Below the pieces are notes generated by a model. That model was given only the letters and a program-made list of their open reading frames with translations, made no database searches and had not been told where the DNA came from. Shown in pieces: positions 47,973-60,600 of a stretch of 64,000 bases of DNA (position 1 is the first letter of the stretch; every line of letters starts with the position of its first letter). Origin of the DNA: Pavona decussata (lineage: Eukaryota); contig CDRNST010000126.1 of NCBI GenBank assembly GCA_977016875.1, forward strand, positions 310,001-374,000, read 5' to 3'. The position numbers were made by a program, and so were the translations under genes.

Positions 47973-48852
47973 ACAGGAGAAGACAAGTCGTCTACTTTTC
48001 CCAGCGTTGCGAGATACGTTGCAGCGCGTTACATCTTTTCTGTAACTGGCAGTGTTGTGTTGCAAGCCTGACTCCTTGTGTAGCAGCAGCACTTTTAATG
48101 GAAGACAGGCCACGTGATCTACAGGATACACAACCTCATTCCCAGGGTCTCTCCTCTTCGGAACGAGGTTGCAGGATTTTCAACAGTTTATTGCGTCATA
48201 AGCCGCATGCGTTAACTCAAGTTTTAAAGCGGAACGTTTAGCCAAAAGTAGATTAAAAAATGAAACAACAGAAGGCACGCCATTATTTGATAGATATATT
48301 TTTTTAACAATTTTTACGACTCTGCGCTGTTACAGACATGGGAAGGGGTACAACATACGTTTAAAACTTGATACTGGTTGCAAAGAAACTGACAGACAAT
48401 TGTTCCATACAAACATGACAGCGTGTAATTGCAAGTCACGACAGCTCGGGTTATTACAAATTGTGACAATGTGTTATTTCAATTTACAACTGCCCCGGCC
48501 TGGTATTACCATTCACAAAAACTGAAACAGTCAAATTGCACAGTTGTGTCGGTGTTAGTCACCAGGGAACGGTTGCATAAAGCATCTTACTGAAGATATT
48601 TAGTGGGATTTTTCTGCAGTTGACTCCCGAGTTCCAAAGGATTTTCTGGATTACTATACCGGATTGCTTAGTTGAAGGCAGTTTGTTGAGATGCTTTATG
48701 CAACTGGGTCCAAACCTGGAAGTTGAAACTAACCTGTAACCTGGAACTGACTTTGTTTTGATACAAACCAAACGTAAATGCAAACTTGTCAGCAAAACAG
48801 CGACATGATTATGGTATGAAAAGCAGTGAGGTTTGTATCAAAACGAAGTCAT

Positions 48853-50224
48853 AGGGACACTCAACGACAGTTTTCTCTTAGATCCTTTAAAACGCTATTT
48901 TATGCTATCTGGAGTGCCTTTCAAGCTCTATAGGTTCATTTTAGGTTGCGCTGTAATATTTTTATCTGTTCGGTCATTCTAGGGGAACTTGAGCCTTTTC
49001 GAAATTACTAGGGCATTTTTGACGTTTTTGTCCAATTCCCGAAAGCTTTGGGTCTTATTAAAGGAGGAAAATTCAGGTATCCCACAATGCCTCGCTTCCA
49101 ACTGTATTATCAACTCGACGTTGATACGCGATCTCGCATTTGCGATGGGGCTTCTTGGAGTGAACGCTGATCTGCCCTCTCCGTCGCCATTGCGTGAATT
49201 GCTTAGATTTAGACAGTCAGAGTTATGTCAATTCGTCAAACTTAGCCTGTTGTCGGTTTCTAACGGTCATGGGACACGTTAGTTTTCCAAAAGACTTACG
49301 AGAGCGGCTTCTTTGCTTGTTTGTGCGATCAGAAACATTGAACGGCCGCTTGCCAGTCGACTCTTCTTCGACTTCTTCCATGCATTTACCGTTTGCTTGA
49401 ATATCGACTTAAAAGGAAGCATTTATCTCACCACTTGATGTCCTTACACGAATGGAACCGAACAGAATCGTGCTTAAAGTACTGTTCATTTCGACCGGGA
49501 AAACGAGTGATCGTTCAAAAGCAGTTACTATAAAAGCATTATGCAATTGTTCACATGTTTGGCGCCAATTTAGGCAAACTTCAACGAACACAAATTCCTT
49601 TAAAACATGGGGACTTAAGGGGACCTTGAGTAAAATTCAAAGGAGATACTATTCGAGCAACAACAGGCAAGATTTCACGCTAATGTACCCAGGATTGAAC
49701 TCGCTAGGGTCAAATTTGGGTCAAGCATTTGAGAGCCGCAAACGAACAAAGCGAGTCGATCATGTATACCACTCCAAACAATTGTATGTTTTTCTTTATT
49801 CTTAGGCAAATTAGCTGCGAAATTGTAATGCAAGCTTGAACTTAATTGCCAAAGCAATACACAAAACGATTTCAGTTACCTTACATTCTCAGATCCTGAA
49901 TAAGGAAAGATAGCCACTTGAAATTCAGTCGATTTCGGACTGCGCGCTCGCCTTCGCATCGATACTTGACACCTTCTAGTCGATAATTTTTCGCGGAGAC
50001 TCATGGGATACCTGATTTCTCCTCCTTTGGTTTTATTTCCTTTCCGAAAATCTTAGCTGACCTTTTTTCGGTACCCGAACCAACATTCTTATCAATCCGA
50101 AAACACTAGGCCTTAAATTTCCCATGTCACGAAACTTCGTGGTGAAAATTCCCTTTAGAAAATTGTAGGGGGTTAAGGGCTTTCCGAACAGGTAATTTAC
50201 CGAAACGATCCGTTGGGTGCTCCT
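48853..50224. mobile_element. Non-autonomous TIR DNA transposon (~1.37 kb) nested in another repeat
   Basis: TIRs agggacactcaacg / cgttgggtgctcct; flanking duplication GAAGTCA(T/A) at 48845-48852 and 50225-50232. Confidence 0.7.
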
Positions 50225-50414
50225 GAAGTCAACTCCACCCTCGTTTTCACTCAAAGGCTAGGTCACTAAGCACACGTATTTCGATAATTCACAACATTAT
50301 CAGAGATTCACGACAGCACAGGGGCGCATTCGACACTCAGTTTACCATTAGGCGCGTACACTACAAAAATGAAAAGAATAAAATGCAAGGAACCGCAAAC
50401 GAAAATGCTGCAGG

Positions 50415-50553
50415 TATAGAGTGTGTGCACGACGGCCATGTTGGAGGACCGAAACAATACAATGATTTTCCTTTGGGAAATATATTTTATTTTTATGCCA
50501 ATATCTTCTATTGTTTTAGTCCTCCAACATGGCCGCCGTGCGCACACTCTATA
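50415..50553. mobile_element. Hairpin MITE
   Basis: tatagagtgtgtgcacgacggccatgttggaggac ... gtcctccaacatggccgccgtgcgcacactctata. Confidence 0.8.
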
Positions 50554-50615
50554 AGCAGGATCTGTGAAAGATCTAATCAGCCAATTTTTTGAACCGGCTA
50601 CAGTACAAAAAAGGC

Positions 50616-51337
50616 TACAACCGACTCCCGATAACTCGAATCTTCAACGGAAATTGAAAAAGGTTCGAGTTATCGGGAGTTGAGAACAAATAAACGGAAA
50701 TATGGACAAAACGGTGTTTAGTGTGTTTCTCTTCACACAGTGTACATTCTAATTAAATTTAATTATGGAGAAGTCGAGTGAAAATGGAATTATTTCTAAA
50801 TTATAAAATAGAAACGTAACGCAACGTGAAAGAAAACAAGGCAGCAGGGGAAGACTACGTACTGCGAACTTGTAGGTTTCAAAGAGAACGACGTCGTGCT
50901 ACCGCTACAGAGTCCATGCGATTTACTTTTCGAGAAATACTTTTAAACACCCTGTCGCTTCTCAAGTTATCCGTTACTATCGATTATCCTTGAAAGTTTT
51001 CTAACGCTGCATTTCAAAGAATCGATATCAACCTCCACAAACAAACTAAAAGTCAATGGGGTAGCACAGTTCGTGTTGCAATCACAACCTCATCACGGCT
51101 CCTCTTCAAGCTCATTATCATTTGGCCGACATTCATGGTTCGAGTTATCGAGGGTAAAATTATATAGAAAATGATCTGAAGGGAAACGAAAACTGCTTCG
51201 AGTTAGCGGGAGGTTCGAGTTACCGAGGGTAGAATTACAGTAAATGTATGACGGAAATCCAGAGGAAATCGATTTTGTGTTCGAGTTAGCTGGTAGTTTG
51301 AGTTAACGAGGTTTCGAGTTATCGTGAGTCGACTGTA
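50616..51337. mobile_element. Tc1/mariner-pogo-type non-autonomous element
   Basis: ta-caaccgactcccgataactcgaa ... ttcgagttatcgtgagtcgactg-ta, repeated subterminal TTCGAGTTA motifs. Confidence 0.75.
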
Positions 51338-52039
51338 GCTACGCCGCTGGGTCAAAGATTGGCTGCATTATTTGTTTTGCGCATGCGATTATGGTTCAAA
51401 TTCACGTTAATAGTTATAAAAGAATCTCCTTCTTCAATAAACATTGGCAGAAATAGATGTTGTTAATAGACGCAATACTATCAATTGTTATTCAACAAAC
51501 GGTAATAGAGCACTGCCGAAATATGGTCATGGTGCACCGAATATTCGTCGCCCGTAGTCAACAGATATCCTGCGATATACGTAATTTTGTGCGTCGGGGA
51601 GACAAATGGCAAAATAAAGATCGTCTCTAGCTTTTCTACAATAAAACTATGCTTTATTATCAATGTGTTGATAATTAAAAAAAAATTATCCAGCTCAATC
51701 TTGAGGAATATCGCCTACTCGCTCTACGGTCTCGTCGGCTATAAAGTATCAGGCGATATTCCGCGCGATTTCGTACTCCGATAAAATATATTTCCAATGA
51801 CTGGGTGGCTTTCTATCTTCAAGATCTATTGCTAGGCTGGGTTTTGGATGTCATATATTGTACATTTAACCTGCTTTTGTCCATCACTTTGGAAACGTCA
51901 CGGGTAAATACGAGAAAAAATGAATAAATACTGGCCAACTGGGAGGCAGGTATAGCTAAGGTAGAAAGCACTCAGTCGGTTGCCTCAATGTAGGATATCC
52001 CTCAATTTGGATTTTCACACAAACACTTGTACTTATGAC

Positions 52040-54328
52040 CAGACTACGCACTCATACGCCTTTGCCTACCCGACAAATGGCGTCCAATGTCACTCCTCTG
52101 TTCAAACAAGATTGGTACTCCACCCACAAGTCGTCTTGCTTGATTTATTCGACTCACGTATCATTACAGCGGCTGCTTCATTTCCACCCAAAAACTGTAT
52201 GTTAGGTTATCATTTTCTTACGATTAAAAAAAATTTGATTCGTTCGCCTTGCTGATGGGACTGTAAACAGCCACGTAACGATAACCTCGAGTAAATACGC
52301 CTACAATATAAATAGAGCCATTCCAAATAGGCACAAAAACTGTGCGCAAGGGTTTCAATGGATGCACATGCATAGTAAACCGGCTGTAGGTACGAATGAA
52401 CCATGTGTCGGGATTTTGTGCGGTTCTTTTAATTTCAGTTTCTTTTTTCCGACGCTCGATGATACTACCATAATTATGATAATTTACACTTGTCAAGTTG
52501 ACTTACTTCTGTCGTCGGAGAGTATAATTGTTTTTCTCTTTGTGTCATCATTATTTTCAATTCTTTTTTCTGATCTCCAAAATACTTTTTTGCATAACGA
52601 ACCGTATTCAACATTTCAATCATTTTGTGTCAGTTGCTTTATTAAAGTTAGGAAGATATTTACACAGGAAAAATTGAAATTTCTTAAGTTAGGCAAACCT
52701 CGTTTACAGGGCCAGCACGTCTCGTTAACAAGGTCAGTGTTTTCGTGCGCCGTTGGCGGTCGAATTCACGAATATTTACTCTAAATTAAAGCGCTCCGCT
52801 ATTTGCATGTTCTGTTTGCCACGAAAAATGACACTATCTTCCAAAGCACTTAGAAAAGCGCCATTAGCTGCGGTTTTCAACACGTCTCAATATTCTGATA
52901 CGCTATAGCAGCTGGATTTACCGGTCTTTCCACATAAAATTGTCGCACAAGACATACAAGTTCCTCGTAATTACCCTCTTCCTTTTCACTTTCGGAGGGT
53001 TCTGCGAACGTTTTATCTTCAGAAAGTTTTTGCCCCTGTTTATTGTCTCCGTGTTCGTTTTGTAGAAGCGCTGTAGATTGCGTAGCGTCCTCTTTACCCC
53101 TACGAAATACAAAGTGAAGCAAGTAGAGGTCATTCAGTGATGCATACAATGGTTTTTAACATGGAAGGCTCCGAATTGTTAAAATAACGCACGGCAAGCT
53201 GAATTAGGGAACAAACTTACATTTCTCTTTTCATTTGTAGTGCTCTGTTTAAATCCGCTTGAGCTATGTACTTCTCTTCGTTACTGTCTGAAAAATGAAG
53301 CGGTGCATGATGAACATAATACTCCTATGTTTCCATAAGGACTGCATGATTTTGTGAATGTACGATTATAAAAGTGTAAAACTTTTTAAGGTGAGTGAAC
53401 GCGCGAAAAGGGAAGCCTTCTAAGTTGATTCCATATGTTGTTTCATGTTAAATTGTAATCAAAGCTCAGATCAGGCTTCGTATGACCAAAATTTATCACT
53501 CTTTTTTAAATTCATTATAATACTTTTTATAATTCCTTGTCACGTTCGATCAAAATGCTTTGCTTGCAATAAATATCTCATAGAAATTTTCCAGCTTGAA
53601 CAATTTATCAGTGAGATATAATTTAGAAAAATTAATTTGCTACGACTAATAATAAGATTGCGGCAAGGCCTAGGGGACTGAGAAATAAACATGGAAGCTT
53701 TGTCGCGTGGCGAGGCCATTTACACACGCGCCGAAGTCAGATCAAATATTCGAAAAGATCACACTGTTCAGCAGGTTTATCGATGAAAATTCAAGCGATA
53801 TTGACACAGCAGACTGCTGTTTGTAACGTTTGAATTAAACTTGGTCAAATATCAGTAACTCGCTGAAAAAATAAAATTTTTGACATCTTCTTCGGTTGTC
53901 ATTTGAGGCAAGATTCTACTAACCCATGTCATGTTGAATAAATCGCAGCGCTTATATTTTTCCCTGCAAATAATAATTATAAGAAATGGAATCCGATCGA
54001 CTCTCTAACACTATAATAGCACAGTGACAGGTGAAATTTTATCGCCAGAGTAAACATTTATGGTTCACAGAACTTACAAAAACGACTTTCTTTGGCAAGA
54101 TAAAGGTAACTCGCGAGCGGAAATATCAAGACAAACATTGTTACCTTTTGTAGCGAGGCGTTCAGTGATATGCCGAGAAGATAAACGAGATTTTTCCGTA
54201 TTTTCCTTGGATGCTTTTCGATGAATATCCGGCAGCTCAGCATTCGAGGTGATATTTTCGATATCTATTAAGTCAGTACACGCCGCTTCCAAACTTCTGC
54301 TGGCGTCATCTCTGTGTCTGTCCGCCAT
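52040..54328 (-). pseudogene. Decayed multi-exon gene of unidentified family
   Basis: Phase-compatible exons 54328-54145, 53287-53221, 53099-52922, 52636-52507 (in-frame TGA at 52618-52616 in LTQND*NVEYGSLCKKVFWRSEKR), then exon-like blocks ~52383-52248 (VHPLKPLRTVF) and ~52195-52040 (FWVEMKQPL**...VPILF) with a phase break and stops. Confidence 0.55.
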
Positions 54329-55886
54329 TATAGCAGCGATGACGAAGAAATAAAATCGGCAAAGCCACAAAATCAGTGTATGTTATCACAGTCGCACAGT
54401 TGAATACGCGTAAAATCGACTCCTAAGGGCAGTGGTCCAAAGCTTCCTGTTGAAAATCACCAATGTTCCATCTCAAGACCCATCGAACCGTTTCGGGGAG
54501 ATCCAAAACAGCCATTGCCATTGGTTTAAATCAAATTGTCGCATTGTGAATAATTAAACTGAGACAGGTGCAATTGAAGCTTTAGACAATGGATTTATTT
54601 TGTAAACAAAACTCTTCTAAAACTGGACTTAATATTCTGGATAAAAAAAAAACCACGTTCTGTTTTTCCCATAACAAAATACTTCTGATCTAGTTTCTGG
54701 ATCAGTTCTCGATAACGTAGATTTCCTAAGTATTCTATTTTAAATGTGTTTTGTGCATAAAATTTTCAAGATTATAAGCATCTGATCCATTAGTCGGTTT
54801 ATCGCTTTACATTTCCTCACGTCACAGATTTTCTGCTTCTCTAGAAGTAAAAAAAAAGTAATACAGGTCTGATTAAAAGAAAATAATTTATTTTGAATTG
54901 GAATCAAAGACAGTGTTGTATTCGTGAACAGAGGATGGTACCCCCCTTCTAGCAGCGTATTTTTGAGAATATGCAAAATTTGCAAACTACTTCGAATTCT
55001 TTATACTCGTTTCTAAACACTATGGTTTAAAAGGCAAAAATGAATGACAGCAAGAGAATTTGCATTTTAAGAGTCGTTGAAGTCTCTTTGGCTGAAAACA
55101 AAAGGAAGTCGCTGTTACGCTCTGTATAGTAGCTAATTCTGGAAAAAGAAACGTTTCATGTTGTAAGTGAATACTCGGGTCTGGCGGTCAGAGTTGTAAT
55201 TAACAATGAATATTGCTGTGCAAATGCACGCGAGCCTTTATTTGGTTATAGAAAATGGTCATACAAAGGGCCTGCCACTACCAGTAAGCTATAGTAAAGC
55301 GCCTGCCAAGCCTAAAGAGTTCATCGATTTATAATGAAAAGGAAAACCGCTTTTCAAAAAAAGATCAAACATCGTGTTTTCATTGTACAGTATTTCGGCT
55401 GGCCAGACAGGAAATGACGTAATGAACATGATGCAAAAAGTTAAAAATAGCAATGAAAAGATAAAAATGTTGATTACATTTTGTCACCTTTTTTTAAGCA
55501 ATATGGTTCTCCGGTTTTTGCGTTTTCGTTAAAGTGTTCTTCCCTGGCCTTACCTATTGAGAGTGAATTGAGAGTGAGAGTGCTTTACGTATTAAGAGTG
55601 AATTCTAGCGTTAGAACGATAAGGATTAGAAACTAAATGTTCAGAGCTAGTAGAAAGCTTAGATTTGATGCTAGGTTTGTCAAAAACCAAGCAATGTAGC
55701 GAGAGGTCAATAGCATTTTGAAGTCGCAGAAGTCAAATCAATTTATTCGAAAATTGAAAAAAATGTGGTTGCACCTTTACTTAATTTTTTCTAAAATGGG
55801 GAGGATGACAGGAGAGAATAGGAACAGTACTGTTCAATGTCTACCAGCTTGAATGCTTAAGGTTTATTAAGAGTCAGTGTTGAAGA

Positions 55887-56074
55887 TATCGGCTGGTTAA
55901 TAAAAACCGTGTCTGATAATGGTTGCCATCGCATGGATCCAAATTGGTCATCAGCTGTCCTGGCACCCGATCATTCTCCGCGGAGAATGATCGGGTGCCA
56001 GAACAGCTGATGACCAATTTGGATCCATGCGATGGCAACCATTATCAGACACGGTTTTTATTAACCAGCCGATA
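55887..56074. repeat. Near-perfect spacerless palindrome, 2 x 94 bp
   Basis: Centre ctccg|cggag at 55980/55981; one mismatch. Confidence 0.95.
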
Positions 56075-56337
56075 AGGTGACTGTGTTCTTGAAAGGGACG
56101 TCAGTGGTCCTCAGTCAGCGACCTCAAGTGGGTGCAACTAGCCCACGCAGTTCCCGGAGTCCTGGTCTGGTGTCTTGATGTTCTTGTGCTTGAAAAAAGG
56201 TTTTCAGAACTCCCGGCAGCAAATGTTCTTCGTCTAGATTTCGCATTAAAAAGGGAGAGATAATCCCATACTTTTTCAAATGTAAAAAAAAATTGAAATA
56301 AGTCAGATGATTTAACTAGATTATTCCTAGTTGAAGA

Positions 56338-56408
56338 ATGGATGGGTGGATGGATGGATGGATGGATGGATGGATGGATGGATGGATGGATGGATGGATG
56401 GATGGATC
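56338..56408. repeat. (GGAT)n microsatellite
   Basis: ~17 units. Confidence 0.95.
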
Positions 56409-57082
56409 GATGATCGATCAATCCGTCGATCATACATCCTTAAGTATACTCATCAAGGAGAAAGACTGTTATGAATCAAAGGAACACTTACGAGGCTAGG
56501 ATACATTGAAAATCATGAATTGAGTTATTGTTTTCCCCATAGCGTAAGGTATACCATTAACAGTAAACAGATACTCAGGGTTTTTTGTGAAACGTTTAAT
56601 ATATTTCGACACTGAATTTGGGTTGCAACACACTTTTTCTTTACGGTGTTATGTTATTAATTACCAGAAATAAAAACAGAGGAAAGTCGCTTGTGAGAGT
56701 AACTTAGATAAGGCTGTTAACAAGACTATCCATTAAAAGAGATGTTCGTATGTGAGAGTAGCCAATCTTAACAAAATATATATAACTAGGTGGCCTTTGA
56801 GAAAATCATATTATGTATTTTTACCTCTTTAACTTTCACCAACAATTGCAGGGACATTTATTTTAGGATTTTAAGGCGGCCAAAAGCTGAAATGACATGA
56901 CTATTGGAAGACTATTCGTTGGTACATACAAGCTAAGGTGAATTCTTACAAGCTCAATTCATTTCGTGAATCAAAATTAAATGCTCACCAAAGCGCCAAG
57001 AAAGTTCAATGTCTTTTCGATGGAAACCGGCTTGACGAGTTCATAACAGGTGGCAAGTACACTTAGGCGGATACTTAACGGT

Positions 57083-57597
57083 TTAGTTTTCTTTCTTATT
57101 TTTACGTTGCATAGTTTCTTGTTTCTTATCTTGGTGATGTTTTCCATGATATTTTTTCCTCGGCTTTTCACCTTTGTCGTATGTAGTAGCAGGAGTAGCG
57201 CCAGTGTCTGCTGGATATGGAGCGGGAGCCGGGCCACCAGATGTCGCTGGATATGGAGCCGGAGGACTACCAGATGTCGCTGGATATGGCGCCGGACCAC
57301 CAGATGTCGGTGGATATGGAGCCGCACCACCAGGTGTCCCTGGATAGGGAGCCGGAGGAGCACCAGGTGACCCTGGATATGGAGCTGGAGCACCCCCAGT
57401 GGTCGAAGGATATGGATTGGTACCCGGTGCTGCTGCACTAGGACGCACTGAAGGATTGCCTGCAGTGGCCGGCGGATATGGAGTCGGTGCAGGACCTGAA
57501 GGGGTAGACGGCTTTGGAGGAGCAGGGGTTGTTACCTGAGCTGGAAATGGCGATGTTGTTGTCCTTGCTGTTGGGTTTGTTGCTGTTGTTCTGGGAG

Positions 57598-57633
<36 letters not shown>

Positions 57634-57668
57634 CTGGGTTTGTTGTCGTTGTAGCTGTTGTTCTGGGA

Positions 57669-57699
<31 letters not shown>

Positions 57700-60600
57700 C
57701 TGGGTTTGTTGTCGTTGTTGCTGTTGTTGTCGACGTTGTTGGAGCTGAAGTAGAGGTCTGCAGGAAAAGAATGTCACTAATGAGTCACAGAATGAAATTT
57801 CCAAACAAGCGCGATACAAAGCACCAATGGGAACAACTGAAAACTTTCAGCACTTATAACGTTTGAAGGCTTTTTAATAAATCGTAAACTTCAGAACAAC
57901 TGCATGCTTTTGACTTTAATTTTAACTGAAGTTAATCGTTGTTAAAACACGGAAACACATTAATTTTTTTCAAATCGCAAAAGCTGGATCCCACCAGAAA
58001 ATGCCTAATTCGGAAAATTTTATTGCCTCACAGGCTTAAACTTCGTCCTAGAATTTCATCAATCCACTTTTGAGTTCCCTTTTTTTTTTTCGCGGTTTGA
58101 TAGTTTATTTGTTATGTGGTTGTTGTTGTTTTTGTTTTCTCTTTTTTTCTGTTTTTTGTTTTGCTATCGTTAACGACGGATGACATAATACCTCCTGGAA
58201 ACTCATAAAGCACAAACATGAAAAATATATTGTAGGAAGGCAAAGTTTTTCAGTGCATTAATTAAAATAAGATTTCTTTTGCTTACCTGCTTCGATTGGG
58301 GGGTAGTTGTAGGCGGGACGGGTGTCTGGGTCGGGTTCAAGTAGGGATATGGGTAGATGGGGCGGTAGGGGATATTACTGGGGCCAGGGTAGGGATATGG
58401 GTATGTGGAAAGATTAGGGATGGGCCACTGTCCGGGTTGGTACTGATACGGATGCAGAGCTTTGATGGGGTAGGGATATTGTTGGGTTGCTCGTGATGTG
58501 CGTCCGTACTTTTGGTAGCTACAGCTGTGTGGACATTTCCAATTTATGTCGGAGTTCGTTTGACAGTAGCCACTCTTCCCCCAAATTGGACAAACTGGAT
58601 GCTTATCTTCGTACCAGTTTCCAGTCTCTGAAAAAAGGAAATGTCAGGATCACATTGAGGGAACAACACCTGACAAGTTAGAATCCAGGCCCCGGCTGCT
58701 CAAAGAGTGGATAACTTTATCCACTGGATAAGTCACTATCCAACGGATAAAATGTATTGGTTGGAGTACATTTTATATGCTGGATAGCGATTTCAGTACA
58801 CTGGTTAACGTTATCCAGTCGATAAACACTATCCAGCGAATAAAATGTACTCCAACTAATACATTTTATTTACTGGATAGTGACTTATCCAGTTGATAAA
58901 GTTATCCACTCTTTGAACAATCGGGGCCAGGCAGGTTGCGCATTACGCAAAAAAGACATTCTAAACTCTATGTTGAAGTTCGTTTGACAGTATCCACCGT
59001 GCGCCCAAATTGGACAAACAGTTATTACAATTATTTGCTTATAATAATTGTTTTATCCTTCAACTCACTGATAACAAATCACAGTTTTATTGCAGAAACG
59101 ATCTTCTGAGGTCGTTATTTGTTTAAAGCTCTCTGACATTTTCCCCCCCAACACACGAAATAACGTATATTGCAGGAAATCTGCTATGTACAGACGAGGA
59201 ATATTGACTGCACCATGACCGTAATTGGGCAGTGTAACAGTGTGTTGAATAATGATGCAAGTTGTTCACTCAAAGTTCTACTAATATTAACTTAATGGAC
59301 TTTTTTTGCCTGATTCAAAATGAGTTTTAAAAAAATTTTGTCCCTTCAGCTCACTACGTTGGCATGTTCGATTTCTCTTTCGTTTCCTGATTTTAAACGA
59401 CGCAGATCGAAAAACTTGTATAATAGCACATTGATCAGGTAATTCGACTTCCACGTGACCGAAAGTCTTAAAACTTCCTTAATTATCAGTGCAACAATGA
59501 TGCTAATTCGCAGCATACATTCTATTAAGGACGGAGAGGGAAATGTATTTATTTCGTGTGATTCTAGGAAACTACTGTTCCCTGTGTTGTACTAACCTGG
59601 ATTAATAAAACTCAATAGCCTACCTGGCCCACAGAATTCGCAGGAAAATTTGCAGTTTTGCATCATGTAGTCTGGCAGTCTTTGACAGTCGCCTCGTCTC
59701 GCCCAACGTCTGCAGTGCCGTTCTTGATCTTTACACTGATTAGTGTTCCCTTAAAAAGGAACAAAAGATTCGTGTAAAAAAAACGCAATGAAAATGAGTT
59801 CAGTATCCTTGTAATTACTTTCTCTTTCTTTTGCATTTAATTCCATTTCTTTCTCGCTTTCCTCTTCCTTCATTCTTTTTGTTTCCTTCCTTCCTTCCTT
59901 CCTCCCTCGGTCCCTTCCTTCCTTCCTTCCTTCCTTTCTTTCTTTCTCCCTTACACCCTTCCTTACTTTCTGCCTTCCTTCCGTTCTTTCTCTTCCTTTT
60001 CTTAATATTTAACTTGTACGCATAACTTTTATCCTTTGATTGTCTGTTTACTATTTTAATCAATCGCATGCTGCGTTGTTCACTTTAAACGTGTGGTTAA
60101 AACTAACGACAACAATGTTTTTTCCTTTCAGTTCATACGTAAATTTAAGCCTTAAAACTAACTGTTATTTTCTTTCCTTAAATAAAGTAATTTGGAGAGA
60201 CTCTTTTATTTGACTTAATCTTAAAGCACGCTTATCAAGTGTTACCTGCATGGTTAACACTTGAGTACTGTAGTATAGTTTATTATGCAGTTGTTTCGAA
60301 CTTTTTTTTAAAATGTTGGTAAAATCCTATCCATTCAAATGTAGCTGTAAGCCTTAAAATGGAAAATACTTATTAGTTACTGATTTTAGTGCTACCGTTC
60401 AATTTGACATCCTAAGGTGTAAAATATATTTTAGCCCGCTGAATTCTCCATTTTAGTCCGCAAAATACGCCGCAATTCCCGACGAAGTTATTTTAATGTA
60501 ATATGCTATGATACTTTTATTTTATCGTTACCATTCTTGGAAGTTAAGAACTTAGATTTCACTTACATCCTTTCTTTGCACAATGGCGGCATGTCCAAAG

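Noticed and set aside
51130-51337. Spaced TTCGAGTTA repeats (and the 58.7-58.9 kb repeats) as a CRISPR-like array
   Set aside because: Irregular spacing inside TIR elements; subterminal transposase-binding repeats in a eukaryotic genome.
52616-52618. In-frame TGA as selenocysteine
   Set aside because: Further stops and a phase break follow; no SECIS recognised; pseudogenisation is simpler.
56125-56234. Alternative last exon of the ShK gene (DEEHLLPGVLKTFF...) via a donor near 57172
   Set aside because: Phase-compatible but splice sites are weak, and the upstream exon already reads to a natural stop at 57083.
57532-57819. Poly-Gln ORF in the ORF track
   Set aside because: Alternative frame of the (ACA)n Thr-rich exon; splice phase supports the Thr frame.
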